Origin: Bacteroidia bacterium
Lineage (GTDB): Bacteria > Bacteroidota > Bacteroidia > M30B66
DNA length: 64,000 bases
Assembly (NCBI GenBank): GCA_965279035.1
Contig: OZ257142.1
Location: forward strand, 2,624,001 to 2,688,000
Reading direction: 5' to 3'
Shown here in pieces: positions 51,582 through 60,554 of this stretch. The notes beneath the pieces were generated by a model. The model saw nothing but the letters and a program-made list of their open reading frames with translations. It ran no database searches and was not told the DNA's origin. The position numbers and the translations under genes are program-made. Within the stretch, counting starts at the first letter, position 1, and the number at the start of each line of letters is the position of its first letter.

Positions 51582-52958
51582 ATGAGTGATATGAAAACGC
51601 TGGTAGACCAGAACAAAGACCGATTTTTAGCCGAATTATTTGAACTTTTACGCATTCCATCGGTAAGTGCAGATCCAAAATACAGTGCTGATGTTTTGCG
51701 CACTGCCGATTCTGTTCGAGATCATTTAATCAAAGCAGGTGCTGATAAAGTTGAAGTTTGCTCAACCGCTGGTTTTCCCATTGTATATGGTGAAAAAATC
51801 ATCGATCCTGCTTTACCAACCATATTAGTTTATGGTCATTACGATGTTCAACCAGCAGATCCAATTAATTTGTGGACTTCCCCCCCATTTGAACCTGTTA
51901 TTCGTGATGGAAATATTTTCGCCAGAGGTTCGGCCGATGACAAAGGTCAAATGTTCATGCATGTAAAAGCTTTTGAATTAATGCTTCAACATAATCAACT
52001 TGCTTGCAATGTTAAATTTATGATTGAAGGGGAAGAAGAAGTTGGATCATCTAATCTAGATACCTTCCTTGTTAATAATAAAGAACGTTTAAAAGCCGAC
52101 TGTGTATTGGTTTCTGATACATCGATGTTAGCGAATGATATTCCCTCTATCACAACAGGTTTACGTGGTTTGAGTTATGTAGAAGTTGAGGTAACAGGTC
52201 CAAATAGAGATTTGCATTCAGGTGTATATGGTGGAGGAGTTGCTAATCCAGTCAATGTACTATGTACAATGATTGCTTCGTTACATGATGAAAACCGACA
52301 TATCACCATTCCCGGTTTTTACGATAATGTAATGGAACTCAGTACCGTTGAACGTGCCATGATTGCAGAAGCGCCGTTTAGTCAAGACGAATACAATGCT
52401 GAATTGAAAATCAATGATGTATTAGGTGAAAAAGGATACACAACTGTGGAACGCACTTCAATTCGTCCAACATTAGATGTAAATGGAATTTGGGGTGGAT
52501 ATACTGGAGAAGGAGCTAAAACCGTTCTACCATCAAAAGCATTTGCAAAAATATCAATGCGCTTAGTTCCAAATCAAACACCTGATGAAATCACTGCCTT
52601 GTTTCAAAAACATTTTGAAAGCATAGCCCCTGCAAGCGTGAAAGTAAAAGTAAGTCCACATCATGGTGGATTTCCTGCAGTAACACCTGTTGATTCGGTT
52701 GAATATCGTGCTGCTGCAAAGGCAATGGAAACAACGTTTGGTAAACAACCCATTCCTGCTCGTGGTGGAGGAAGTATTCCAATTGTAGCTTCATTTGAAA
52801 AAATACTGGGTTTAAAAACTGTATTAATGGGATTTGGATTAGACACCGATGATATTCATTCACCCGATGAACATTATGGAGTGTTTAATTATTTGAAAGG
52901 AATAGAAACGATTCCCTACTTTTACAAATACTACGCTGAAATGAAATCAGCTAAATAA
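51582..52958 (+). CDS. M20 family dipeptidase (Dug1/CNDP2-like)
   Basis: YGHYDVQP, RGSADDKGQ, EGEEEVGS, DLHSG, GGSIP, HSPDE. Confidence 0.95.
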   Translation: MSDMKTLVDQNKDRFLAELFELLRIPSVSADPKYSADVLRTADSVRDHLIKAGADKVEVCSTAGFPIVYGEKIIDPALPTILVYGHYDVQPADPINLWTSPPFEPVIRDGNIFARGSADDKGQMFMHVKAFELMLQHNQLACNVKFMIEGEEEVGSSNLDTFLVNNKERLKADCVLVSDTSMLANDIPSITTGLRGLSYVEVEVTGPNRDLHSGVYGGGVANPVNVLCTMIASLHDENRHITIPGFYDNVMELSTVERAMIAEAPFSQDEYNAELKINDVLGEKGYTTVERTSIRPTLDVNGIWGGYTGEGAKTVLPSKAFAKISMRLVPNQTPDEITALFQKHFESIAPASVKVKVSPHHGGFPAVTPVDSVEYRAAAKAMETTFGKQPIPARGGGSIPIVASFEKILGLKTVLMGFGLDTDDIHSPDEHYGVFNYLKGIETIPYFYKYYAEMKSAK

Positions 52959-52965
52959 AATAAAC

Positions 52966-52998
52966 TCCAGGCAGGAAAGCACCAATTTTCTGCCTGGA
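52966..52998 (+). terminator. Hairpin between dipeptidase and cassette copy 2 (weak U-tract)
   Basis: TCCAGGCAGGAAA / TTTTCTGCCTGGA arms. Confidence 0.55.
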
Positions 52999-53012
52999 TA
53001 ATTTATCTTCTT

Positions 53013-53888
53013 ATGATCAGAAAATCGATTGCTTTTATATTTTCTGGAATTCTCCTGATAAGTGCTTGTAATAAAAAGGAGGAGAAATTAATCACTGGAA
53101 ATAAACCTCCACCAGATAATACCATTCCATCAAGTTTGCAGGTTGGCTTTATTAATAAAGCATATATCAGTATTCTAGGACGTGAACCAGATACTGATGA
53201 ATTCAATTCTGCAAAGTCTATTTTAGATCAAACTCAATTTTCTGAAAATTCCCGTAAAAACGTTATTAGTCAAATACTTACTAATGATGAATTTTATGAT
53301 CGTGAATTTGAAATTTATCGGAACGACTTATTAAATAGTACCGATACGATTCAAATAACAGATATGATTAATACGTTTGAGTTTCTACTTACTAGTCCCG
53401 CTTATGAGGCTCAATGGCCATTTATTCAAATTGAACTTACTCGTTTACAAGCATTACGAGCAGTTCCAATGGGCTTGAGAAATGGAACAGTTACATTGAA
53501 AGAAATGCATAAACGCTGTGTAGATAATTACTTCTTTGATCAAATTAATATGGGATCGCTCAATTTTGTCATTGCTACTTTCCAGCATTTGCTATTAAGA
53601 AATCCAACAGAATTTGAAAAAAGTGAAGGAGTGAAAATTATTGATGGGTTTAATGGAATATTATTTCTTCAAATTGCTCAATCGAAAAATGAATATGAAA
53701 GCATTTTTTTCAATTCTGATGCATATTATGAAGGACAGATAAAATTGAGTTTTTATCGATTCTTATTGCGCTTACCTACTTCTGAAGAAACTGCTTATTA
53801 CACAAATAAGTTGAAAGCGAATTCGGATTACAAATCAATTCTGGCTGAAATTCTTAGTAGTGATGAATTTGCCGGTTTAACAAACTAA
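53013..53888 (+). CDS. Helical lipoprotein with DUF1549/DUF1553-like repeats (cassette copy 2, gene A)
   Basis: Lipobox ISAC-NKKEE; KAYISILGREPDTDE, FQHLLLRNPTEFE, FYRFLLRLPTSEE, ILSSDEF; paralogue of 3883-4812. Confidence 0.75.
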   Translation: MIRKSIAFIFSGILLISACNKKEEKLITGNKPPPDNTIPSSLQVGFINKAYISILGREPDTDEFNSAKSILDQTQFSENSRKNVISQILTNDEFYDREFEIYRNDLLNSTDTIQITDMINTFEFLLTSPAYEAQWPFIQIELTRLQALRAVPMGLRNGTVTLKEMHKRCVDNYFFDQINMGSLNFVIATFQHLLLRNPTEFEKSEGVKIIDGFNGILFLQIAQSKNEYESIFFNSDAYYEGQIKLSFYRFLLRLPTSEETAYYTNKLKANSDYKSILAEILSSDEFAGLTN

Positions 53889-53892
53889 ATCC

Positions 53893-54375
53893 ATGAAGAA
53901 GATCCTTGTTTTCTGTTTAGTTGTTCTGATATTCCAATCCTGTAAAAAAGAAACGGAGTACATCTATGAGGTTGATTCAACTCAAGTTGAGAAAGATCAA
54001 ACCAATAAAGACATTTCAAAAAGCACCATTGAGTTTTTGTCTATAGCATATTCAGACATTTTTGGTTCAACCATTACTCAAAACCAATTGAATCGTTTAT
54101 CACTGCTTTATTTAGCATTTGGAGATAAGAAACTATTAGAGGATTTACTCATCAAGAATATGATTAATCGTCCGGAATCTCAATTGCCAAGTAATGCCAC
54201 TATGCGTGCTGATGTTGCTGCCTATGTGAAAAGCACTTATATCAAACTGTTTAACCGTGAACCAAACGAATTGGAAGCTTATACTTTGAAGAAAAATATT
54301 GATGAAAATGCCGATTTGACTTCCGTTATGGTTTACTATTCCATGATGACTTCTGACGAATACCGATACTACTAA
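53893..54375 (+). CDS. Helical lipoprotein with DUF1553-like C-terminus (cassette copy 2, gene B)
   Basis: Lipobox FQSC-KKETE; TYIKLFNREPNELE...MMTSDEYRYY; paralogue of 3382-3879. Confidence 0.75.
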   Translation: MKKILVFCLVVLIFQSCKKETEYIYEVDSTQVEKDQTNKDISKSTIEFLSIAYSDIFGSTITQNQLNRLSLLYLAFGDKKLLEDLLIKNMINRPESQLPSNATMRADVAAYVKSTYIKLFNREPNELEAYTLKKNIDENADLTSVMVYYSMMTSDEYRYY

Positions 54376-54378
54376 ACT

Positions 54379-55692
54379 ATGTCGAATTACATCCCAAGAA
54401 GAAGCTTCCTGAAAAGGACCGCCCTGGCTACTGCAGCAACAATTGCTGCTCCTTACATATTACCGAGCGGGCGTTTGTTTGCATCGTCGGGAAGCCGAGT
54501 AGCAAATCATGTTGTATTTTGTTTATTTGCAGGTGGAATTAGAAACATTGAGTCTGTTGATATGCAACGTGGCAATTTAATGCCTCGCAGTTTAACAGGC
54601 GCGGGTTCAGTTGCTCCTAGTATTGCAGCTGGTGTTGATCCATTACCCAATTTCAATGGTACATCGCTTCAAGCTCAAGCAACATTATTTCGTGAATTCC
54701 GCTATGCACAAGGACCAACAGGACATTTCAACGGACATTCTACTGCACTTACCGGCAATTACACTTTACAAGATTTGAGTATAAAAGAGGCACCTAAAAT
54801 GCCTACCATTTTTGAATATTATCGTAAACACAACAGTCCATCACAAACAGCATTAAATGCTTGGTGGATTTCGAATTCACTTGGTCCCTACCCTTCATTA
54901 AATTATAGTTCCTATCCAGGATATGGAGCTCTTTACGGAGCCAATTATGTTCAACCATTAACATTGATAAGTGGTGATGGCTTAGATGCATTGTCCAATC
55001 CACAAATCTTCAGTCAAGCTGAAAAAACCAAAATAAATTCACTTCGTAATTTTTTCAATGACAGTTTTTCAAAAAGCGGTCAATATGGAAATGCAGGAGT
55101 TGACAATGGATTAATTGATAGAGATCCAGTTCAGGAATTTCTAAGACAGGAATTAATAACAGCAGGAAATGGCGGTTATACAGATCCTTGGGGAGTTGGT
55201 ACAAGTATGAATGGTGATATGTATAATGTTTATTTCACCGAACGCATTATTCAAACATTCAAGCCTGAGTTAACTGTTGTGAATATGCAAGGAGTAGATG
55301 TATGCCACTCCAATTTTACTGAATATTGTAATAATCTTCGAAAAGCCGACTATGCCGTTGGGCATTTATGGGAAACCATTCAAAACACGCCGGGGATGGC
55401 AAATGATACGATATTAATTGTTGTACCAGAACATGGACGAAATTTACAACCGAACACCTTGATAGATCAATTTGGAAATGCTGCTATAGATCATACAAGT
55501 GATGATACTTCGCGAGAGATTTTCTGTTTGGTGGTTGGTCCTCCTGGTAAAGTGGTTCAAAACCAAAATATAACACAGGTTACTGGAGAAAGCATCGATG
55601 TAGTTCCTACTATTGCTCATATTCTTGGCTTCCATGATGAAATTCCTGGAGGTTTGCTTAATGGGCGAATCTTAAATGAATCGTTTGTATGA
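54379..55692 (+). CDS. Tat-exported DUF1501-like / alkaline phosphatase superfamily protein (cassette copy 2, gene C)
   Basis: PRRSFLK Tat motif; VVFCLFAGGIR; DVCH; DTILIVVPEHGR...IDH; DVVPTIAHILG. Confidence 0.75.
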   Translation: MSNYIPRRSFLKRTALATAATIAAPYILPSGRLFASSGSRVANHVVFCLFAGGIRNIESVDMQRGNLMPRSLTGAGSVAPSIAAGVDPLPNFNGTSLQAQATLFREFRYAQGPTGHFNGHSTALTGNYTLQDLSIKEAPKMPTIFEYYRKHNSPSQTALNAWWISNSLGPYPSLNYSSYPGYGALYGANYVQPLTLISGDGLDALSNPQIFSQAEKTKINSLRNFFNDSFSKSGQYGNAGVDNGLIDRDPVQEFLRQELITAGNGGYTDPWGVGTSMNGDMYNVYFTERIIQTFKPELTVVNMQGVDVCHSNFTEYCNNLRKADYAVGHLWETIQNTPGMANDTILIVVPEHGRNLQPNTLIDQFGNAAIDHTSDDTSREIFCLVVGPPGKVVQNQNITQVTGESIDVVPTIAHILGFHDEIPGGLLNGRILNESFV

Positions 55693-56633
55693 AAAAGCAA
55701 ATTCTCGTTTTCCTTTCAATTGGTATAGCTGGAATCCTCTTGATTAATTCTTGTAAAAAAGATGAACCTGTTCCAGTAAATCCATACGATTCGATTAATT
55801 ATGGTGACGATACTCCAGAACCCGATACCGTTGACCCTGCTTCCTTAGTTGGTTTGCATCGTAATTTGTTTTTGACAAGATGTGCATTACCTGGATGTCA
55901 CGATGGTGTTTTTGAACCCGATTTCCGTACTATTCAAAGCACCTATTCAACCATGGTTTATGCGCCTGTTAAAAAGAATAATGCAGCCAATTCATTTACT
56001 TATCGTGTAGTTCCAGGTGATACTGCTATGTCGGTTTTGTATGAACGTATTACGAATTGCTGTTTTGTAAATGAAGACGATCGTATGCCTCAGGATAATA
56101 TAGGTACAGCATTGCCAGCATCCGATATTCAACATGTTGGTCAATGGATTATGAATGGAGCAAAAAACGTAGATGGAGAAGTTTCTACTCGTCCCGATTT
56201 AGAACCAGTTGTTCAATATTATTTCGCTGCAAATTCCACGTTTGATATTGAACTTTCGGCTGAAACGAATCGGTTAGACAGCTTAATCTACAATCCTTTT
56301 TACATTCCAAGTGGAACAAGTAGTTTTTATATAGCCGTTCCTGTTACTGATGATATTACACCTACAGGTGAATTATTAGTCAATAAACTTTACTTGAGTA
56401 CAAGTCAAGATAATTTTGCTGGAGCTATCATGTTAACTGCCACCTTTTTTAATATTCCTGGACAAGATCCTATTTGGCTCGTAACTGTTCCAACTTCAGG
56501 ATTAACAGCAGGTGCTCAATATTTCATGAGGTATTATGTAAATGATGGACATCATGCTCAAAACACTGAATTTCCAGAAACGACAAGTAATCCATTTTAC
56601 AAATCCTATTGGAGTTTTATTCTTCAACCTTAA
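55689..56633 (+). CDS. Cytochrome c lipoprotein, PSCyt1-like, CX4CH haem motif (cassette copy 2, gene D)
   Basis: Lipobox INSC-KKDEP; FLTRCALPGCHDG...RVVPGDTAMSVLYERI...RMP...WIMNGA; ATGA overlap with gene C. Confidence 0.75.
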   Translation: MKKQILVFLSIGIAGILLINSCKKDEPVPVNPYDSINYGDDTPEPDTVDPASLVGLHRNLFLTRCALPGCHDGVFEPDFRTIQSTYSTMVYAPVKKNNAANSFTYRVVPGDTAMSVLYERITNCCFVNEDDRMPQDNIGTALPASDIQHVGQWIMNGAKNVDGEVSTRPDLEPVVQYYFAANSTFDIELSAETNRLDSLIYNPFYIPSGTSSFYIAVPVTDDITPTGELLVNKLYLSTSQDNFAGAIMLTATFFNIPGQDPIWLVTVPTSGLTAGAQYFMRYYVNDGHHAQNTEFPETTSNPFYKSYWSFILQP

Positions 56634-56637
56634 TTGT

Positions 56638-57081
56638 ATGAAAAAGCTATTAAGCCTACTCCTACTTTCGCTTGTTTTAGTTTCGTGTAAAAAGGATGAT
56701 GAAGTTGAAATAACATCCACACCCAACATCACATTTAAAAGTATCAGTCCGGGAACCATTAAAGAATTTAAAGATTCGGTAGTTATTGGCATTGAGTATA
56801 CTGATGGAGATGGTGATTTAGGTGAAAATGGAACCGGAATTGAAAATGCCTTTGTTACTGACACTCGAACTAATCTTCTCTATACGTTTAGAATACGTCA
56901 ATTGGCTCCTGATAATGCGAATATCATAATTCGCGGTAATTTGAATATTGTAGTACCATCCATAGGATTATTAAATTCAAGTTCGACAAGTGAAAGTGCC
57001 ACATTCCAAGTTTATATTAAAGATCGGGCTGGCCATTCGAGCAATACAGTAACGACAAGCAGCGTTACAGTTGTGCCTTGA
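56638..57081 (+). CDS. Lipoprotein with DxDGD motif (cassette copy 2, gene E)
   Basis: Start reassigned to MKKLLSLLLLSLVLVSC-KKDDE at 56638; YTDGDGDLG; paralogue of 649-1095. Confidence 0.8.
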   Translation: MKKLLSLLLLSLVLVSCKKDDEVEITSTPNITFKSISPGTIKEFKDSVVIGIEYTDGDGDLGENGTGIENAFVTDTRTNLLYTFRIRQLAPDNANIIIRGNLNIVVPSIGLLNSSSTSESATFQVYIKDRAGHSSNTVTTSSVTVVP

Positions 57082-57109
57082 TTTTTTCTAAACAATCGGG
57101 TTAAATCGG

Positions 57110-57580
57110 ATGAATAAACTCCTTCAGTTAATTACGTTAAGTTGCGTTTTACTCGTTTGTTCTTGTTCGAGTTATGATCAAGTAACTGCTCCAACTGTAA
57201 GTGGTATCTCGGGATTTAAGATTGGGAAGCTGTCAGAAGGAAAACTTCCTTTAAGTTTCAATACAACCTTAAAAAATCCTGACAAACTTAAGTTTCATGT
57301 GAAACGAGTAAATCTGGAATTGATATTCGCAGGTGTGCGTGTGGCTGAGTTGAAGTCGGAACGCAAAATGAAAATTCGTCGACAAATTGAACCTGAACTT
57401 CATTGGGAAGTGACTGCCGAACTAGCACCATTACTCAAAAAACCGGGTGCATTATTAGGGACGTTATTTCGTGGTAAAATTGATTTCGAAGTGAGTGGTA
57501 CCATGACCATTGGCAAATTTCTTTGGTCAAAAACAGTTCCTGTGAAATTGAAATTACCGGTGGAGATTCCTGTGTTTTGA
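57110..57580 (+). CDS. LEA_2/WHy-like lipoprotein
   Basis: Lipobox CSC; NP motif (LKNPDK) and beta-rich pattern typical of LEA type 2. Confidence 0.6.
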   Translation: MNKLLQLITLSCVLLVCSCSSYDQVTAPTVSGISGFKIGKLSEGKLPLSFNTTLKNPDKLKFHVKRVNLELIFAGVRVAELKSERKMKIRRQIEPELHWEVTAELAPLLKKPGALLGTLFRGKIDFEVSGTMTIGKFLWSKTVPVKLKLPVEIPVF

Positions 57581-57587
57581 TGTGCTC

Positions 57588-57637
57588 CTTCTACTGGCTC
57601 AGGGAGCGACTAAGCCTGCACACTGAGCCTGTCGAAG
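57588..57637. repeat. Degenerate REP-like inverted repeat (CTTCTACTGGCTCAG ... CTGAGCCTGTCGAAG)
   Basis: Same family as 27748-27812; lies just after a stop codon. Confidence 0.7.
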
Positions 57638-57732
57638 TGTGATGGTGCGCTGGTTAGTTGATGTGATTTGAAGATTTATTTTTTGAGTTAATCGATTCCA
57701 ACATTTATATCGAAAAATTAGTTTCTATTGGT

Positions 57733-57767
57733 TTCGTAATTCGTATATCGAAATACGTATATCGTTT
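57733..57767. repeat. Degenerate 7-bp tandem repeat
   Basis: ttcgtaa ttcgtat atcgaaa tacgtat atcgttt. Confidence 0.55.
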
Positions 57768-57860
57768 ATCCCAATCATCCAATTTAAAAGGCTACATTTG
57801 CTGAATCTAAACTGAACTTTGTCTTGTGGCAGGTTCCTAAACTACAAGGCAAAGCAAAGC

Positions 57861-58313
57861 ATGGCAAAATCATCTGAAACCTTTAATAAAAAAGAGAACG
57901 AGAAAAAACGCTTGAAGAAGAAGAAGGATAAAGAGCAGAAAAAAGAAGATCGAAAAGCGAATGAGGGAAAAGCGAAGAGCTTTGATGATATGATTGCTTA
58001 TGTAGATGAAAATGGAAATTTAACTTCTACTCCTCCCGATCCATCTAAAAAACGAGTGGTCAATATTGAAGAAATTCAAATTGGTGTTGCTAAAAAAGAA
58101 GAACAAGAAGCAGAGGATTTATTGAGAAAAGGAACTGTTTCATTTTTCAATACATCGAAAGGATATGGTTTTATTAAAGACCACGTGAGTCAGGAAAGCA
58201 TTTTTGTACATATCAACGGTTTGGTTGATTCCATTAAAGAAAACGATAAAGTAACGTTTACTACAGAGCAAACTCCCAAAGGAAAAAGTGCGGTGGATGT
58301 GAAGTTAGCTTAA
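57861..58313 (+). CDS. Cold-shock domain protein with Lys-rich N-terminal extension (Bacteroidota type)
   Basis: Start at MAKSSETF; AYVDENGNLTSTPPDP; GTVSFFNTSKGYGFI..IFVH; TACATTTG box at 57793-57800. Confidence 0.92.
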   Translation: MAKSSETFNKKENEKKRLKKKKDKEQKKEDRKANEGKAKSFDDMIAYVDENGNLTSTPPDPSKKRVVNIEEIQIGVAKKEEQEAEDLLRKGTVSFFNTSKGYGFIKDHVSQESIFVHINGLVDSIKENDKVTFTTEQTPKGKSAVDVKLA

Positions 58314-58334
58314 TAGAATTCAGTTAAAATGGAT

Positions 58335-58372
58335 TGCCTGATTGTTATTCTACAATCAGGCATTTCTTTTTT
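58335..58372 (+). terminator. Intrinsic terminator after cold-shock gene
   Basis: TGCCTGATTGT / ACAATCAGGCA stem plus T-tract. Confidence 0.8.
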
Positions 58373-58395
58373 CTAGCTATATTCCCATACAAATT

Positions 58396-58728
58396 ATGAA
58401 TATGGTCACCTTTGAACGTGTTAGAGAATTGGCTTTATCACTTGATGCGAGCGAGGAAATGCCCCATTTTGATAAGACCTCTTTTCGTGTAAAGAAGAAG
58501 ATATTCTTGACGATGAATGAAAAAGAAAATCGGATTTGTGTGAAGCTTTCTTTAATTGATCAATCGGCTTTTGGAGCATTTGATCCGGACTGCATTTTTC
58601 CCGTTCCCAATAAATTTGGAAATCAAGGTTGGACATTAGTTAATTTAAGCCGTGTTCGCGAAGAACAATTGGAAGATATCATAAGGACTGCTTATCATGA
58701 AGTAGTTTCTACACTAAAGAAAAAATAG
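58396..58728 (+). CDS. MmcQ/YjbR family protein
   Basis: EEMPHFDKTSFRVKKKIF, VPNKFGNQGWT; start moved downstream of the terminator (58396 or 58402). Confidence 0.88.
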   Translation: MNMVTFERVRELALSLDASEEMPHFDKTSFRVKKKIFLTMNEKENRICVKLSLIDQSAFGAFDPDCIFPVPNKFGNQGWTLVNLSRVREEQLEDIIRTAYHEVVSTLKKK

Positions 58729-58740
58729 GATTTTCGATTT

Positions 58741-60393
58741 GTGAAAACCAAGCATCAAAACTTTATTAAAATCAACTGGAATGTGGCATACAACCGTTGT
58801 TGCATTCTCATGCTGTGTTTATTCTGGGGAATGGTTTGTTGGGCTGGAAATGCTGATACAGAATTAAAAAAAGGATGGGCGGCTTTAGTCAAAGATGATG
58901 ATATTGAGGCCATGCGGCATTTTGGAGCGGCACTGGAAATTGCTAGAGAAGAAAACGATCAAGAAGCTGTTGGAACTGCCTTGTTACATTTAGGAATTTG
59001 TTCATACAGTGTGAGTTACAGCAAAGGTTTGGAGTATGCGAATTCTTCAATGAAAGCATTTGAATCCTTGGAGAAATTTAATCCTGAAAAAGCGCTAATC
59101 GGACGAAGTCGATGTTTGCAATTGATTAGCACAATCTATATGCGTCAAGGGAAATTCCGTGAGGCGATCGGATTAAGTAAACAAGCTGAGTTAGGATTTA
59201 AACCGGGGAAAGATAGTACAGGGACTTTGGGACTGATTTATTCGAGTTTAGGTTCAGCTTATCAAGCACTAGGGAAACCGGATTCAACTAAATACTTCTA
59301 TCGCAAAGCCTTGGAAGAACAGCTTTTAGAAAAAAATGAGACCTATTTACCAACGGCTTATTTGAAAGTTGCTGAATTAGAAATGGCTCAGGGAAATTCT
59401 GTTGAAAGCCAACAATTACAGACTAAGGCACGTGAAATTGCCTTTAGAACAAGTAACCGACAGGCACAAGTGATGGTACTTTTAGCTGAATATAGATGGC
59501 TTTTGAAATTCGATCAATCGGAAAAAGAAGCAATGGCAAAGCTCAATTTAGCTGGAGAAATAGCCTTGGGTTTAAGTGATAAATCATTTTTACTACGCTG
59601 TTTAAAAATCAAAGCCGATTGGAGCAAAGAAAAAGGCGATTTTGAAAAAGCATTGGAATATGAAGAAATAATTCAGGATATACGTGATACGCTTTATACA
59701 CGCGACAAAGAAGAAACAGTAAAACGATTAGAAGTTGAATTTGAAGTATCGGAAAAAGATCGAGCATTACGCATTGTTCGACAAGAAAAGGATATTGCTC
59801 AATTAACAAATTCCTTGTTATGGGTTATAGTAATATCGATGATGGTTTTAGTAGTAGGAGTAGTTGGATTTCAGCGAAAAATTAATCGTAGAAACAAGCA
59901 ATTATTAGAAACGCGAGAATCTTTATTTAAGGCGGAAGAGGAGAAGAAAATACTCAAAGAGAAACAAATGCAGAATGAATTAGAATTCAAAGAAAGTCAG
60001 ATTAGTGCCATGGCTTTGCAGATGTTGCAGAAGAATGAATTGATGAGTGCATTAAAAGATCAATTGGAAAAGCAGGGCGGACAAACAAGCGAAAATGATT
60101 TAAGTCGCTTGTTGAATAGAAGTGATTATCAAGATAAAGAATGGTCTGATTTCAATATTCAATTTGAAAGCTTGAATAAGAATTTTTATACTCGATTGAA
60201 AGAAGCATATCCTGAGATAAGTCCAAATGATTTAAAACTATGTGCCTTGATTAAGTTGAATATGTCGATTAAGGAAATGGCGGGGATTTTAAACATCTCG
60301 CCCGACAGTGTTAAAACGGCTCGATATCGTTTACGAAAAAAGTTAAAAATGAATTCAGAGGATAATTTGACGGAGTTTATTTTAGCGTTATAG
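58741..60393 (+). CDS. Membrane-anchored TPR sensor with C-terminal LuxR-type HTH regulator domain
   Basis: N-terminal TPR helices, one TM segment, coiled coil, DLKLCALIKLNMSIKEMAGILNISPDSVKTARYRLRKKL. Confidence 0.9.
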   Translation: MKTKHQNFIKINWNVAYNRCCILMLCLFWGMVCWAGNADTELKKGWAALVKDDDIEAMRHFGAALEIAREENDQEAVGTALLHLGICSYSVSYSKGLEYANSSMKAFESLEKFNPEKALIGRSRCLQLISTIYMRQGKFREAIGLSKQAELGFKPGKDSTGTLGLIYSSLGSAYQALGKPDSTKYFYRKALEEQLLEKNETYLPTAYLKVAELEMAQGNSVESQQLQTKAREIAFRTSNRQAQVMVLLAEYRWLLKFDQSEKEAMAKLNLAGEIALGLSDKSFLLRCLKIKADWSKEKGDFEKALEYEEIIQDIRDTLYTRDKEETVKRLEVEFEVSEKDRALRIVRQEKDIAQLTNSLLWVIVISMMVLVVGVVGFQRKINRRNKQLLETRESLFKAEEEKKILKEKQMQNELEFKESQISAMALQMLQKNELMSALKDQLEKQGGQTSENDLSRLLNRSDYQDKEWSDFNIQFESLNKNFYTRLKEAYPEISPNDLKLCALIKLNMSIKEMAGILNISPDSVKTARYRLRKKLKMNSEDNLTEFILAL

Positions 60394-60399
60394 AGTTCG

Positions 60400-60451
60400 T
60401 GTTTACTCGTTGAAGACCATTACATATAAAATGTTCACCTATTGTCTACCT
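60400..60451 (+). promoter_or_regulatory. Phased TGnnnAC direct repeats, candidate operator of the upstream TPR-LuxR regulator
   Basis: TGTTTACTC (60400), TGAAGACCA (60411), TGTTCACCT (60432), TGTCTACCT (60443). Confidence 0.45.
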
Positions 60452-60554
60452 CAATAATTAGCTGAAGGTATTGAATTGATGGAGATTTGTTAAACCGATT
60501 GAGCATAAGAGAACAATCGGTTATACTCAATCAATTCATTTAAATTTGTCGCAC

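Noticed and set aside
649-57081. The two cassettes as ends of a mobile element or a recent inverted duplication
   Set aside because: The copies are highly diverged, no integrase, transposase or target-site duplication was seen, and core genes (proC, mutL, glgAC) lie between them.
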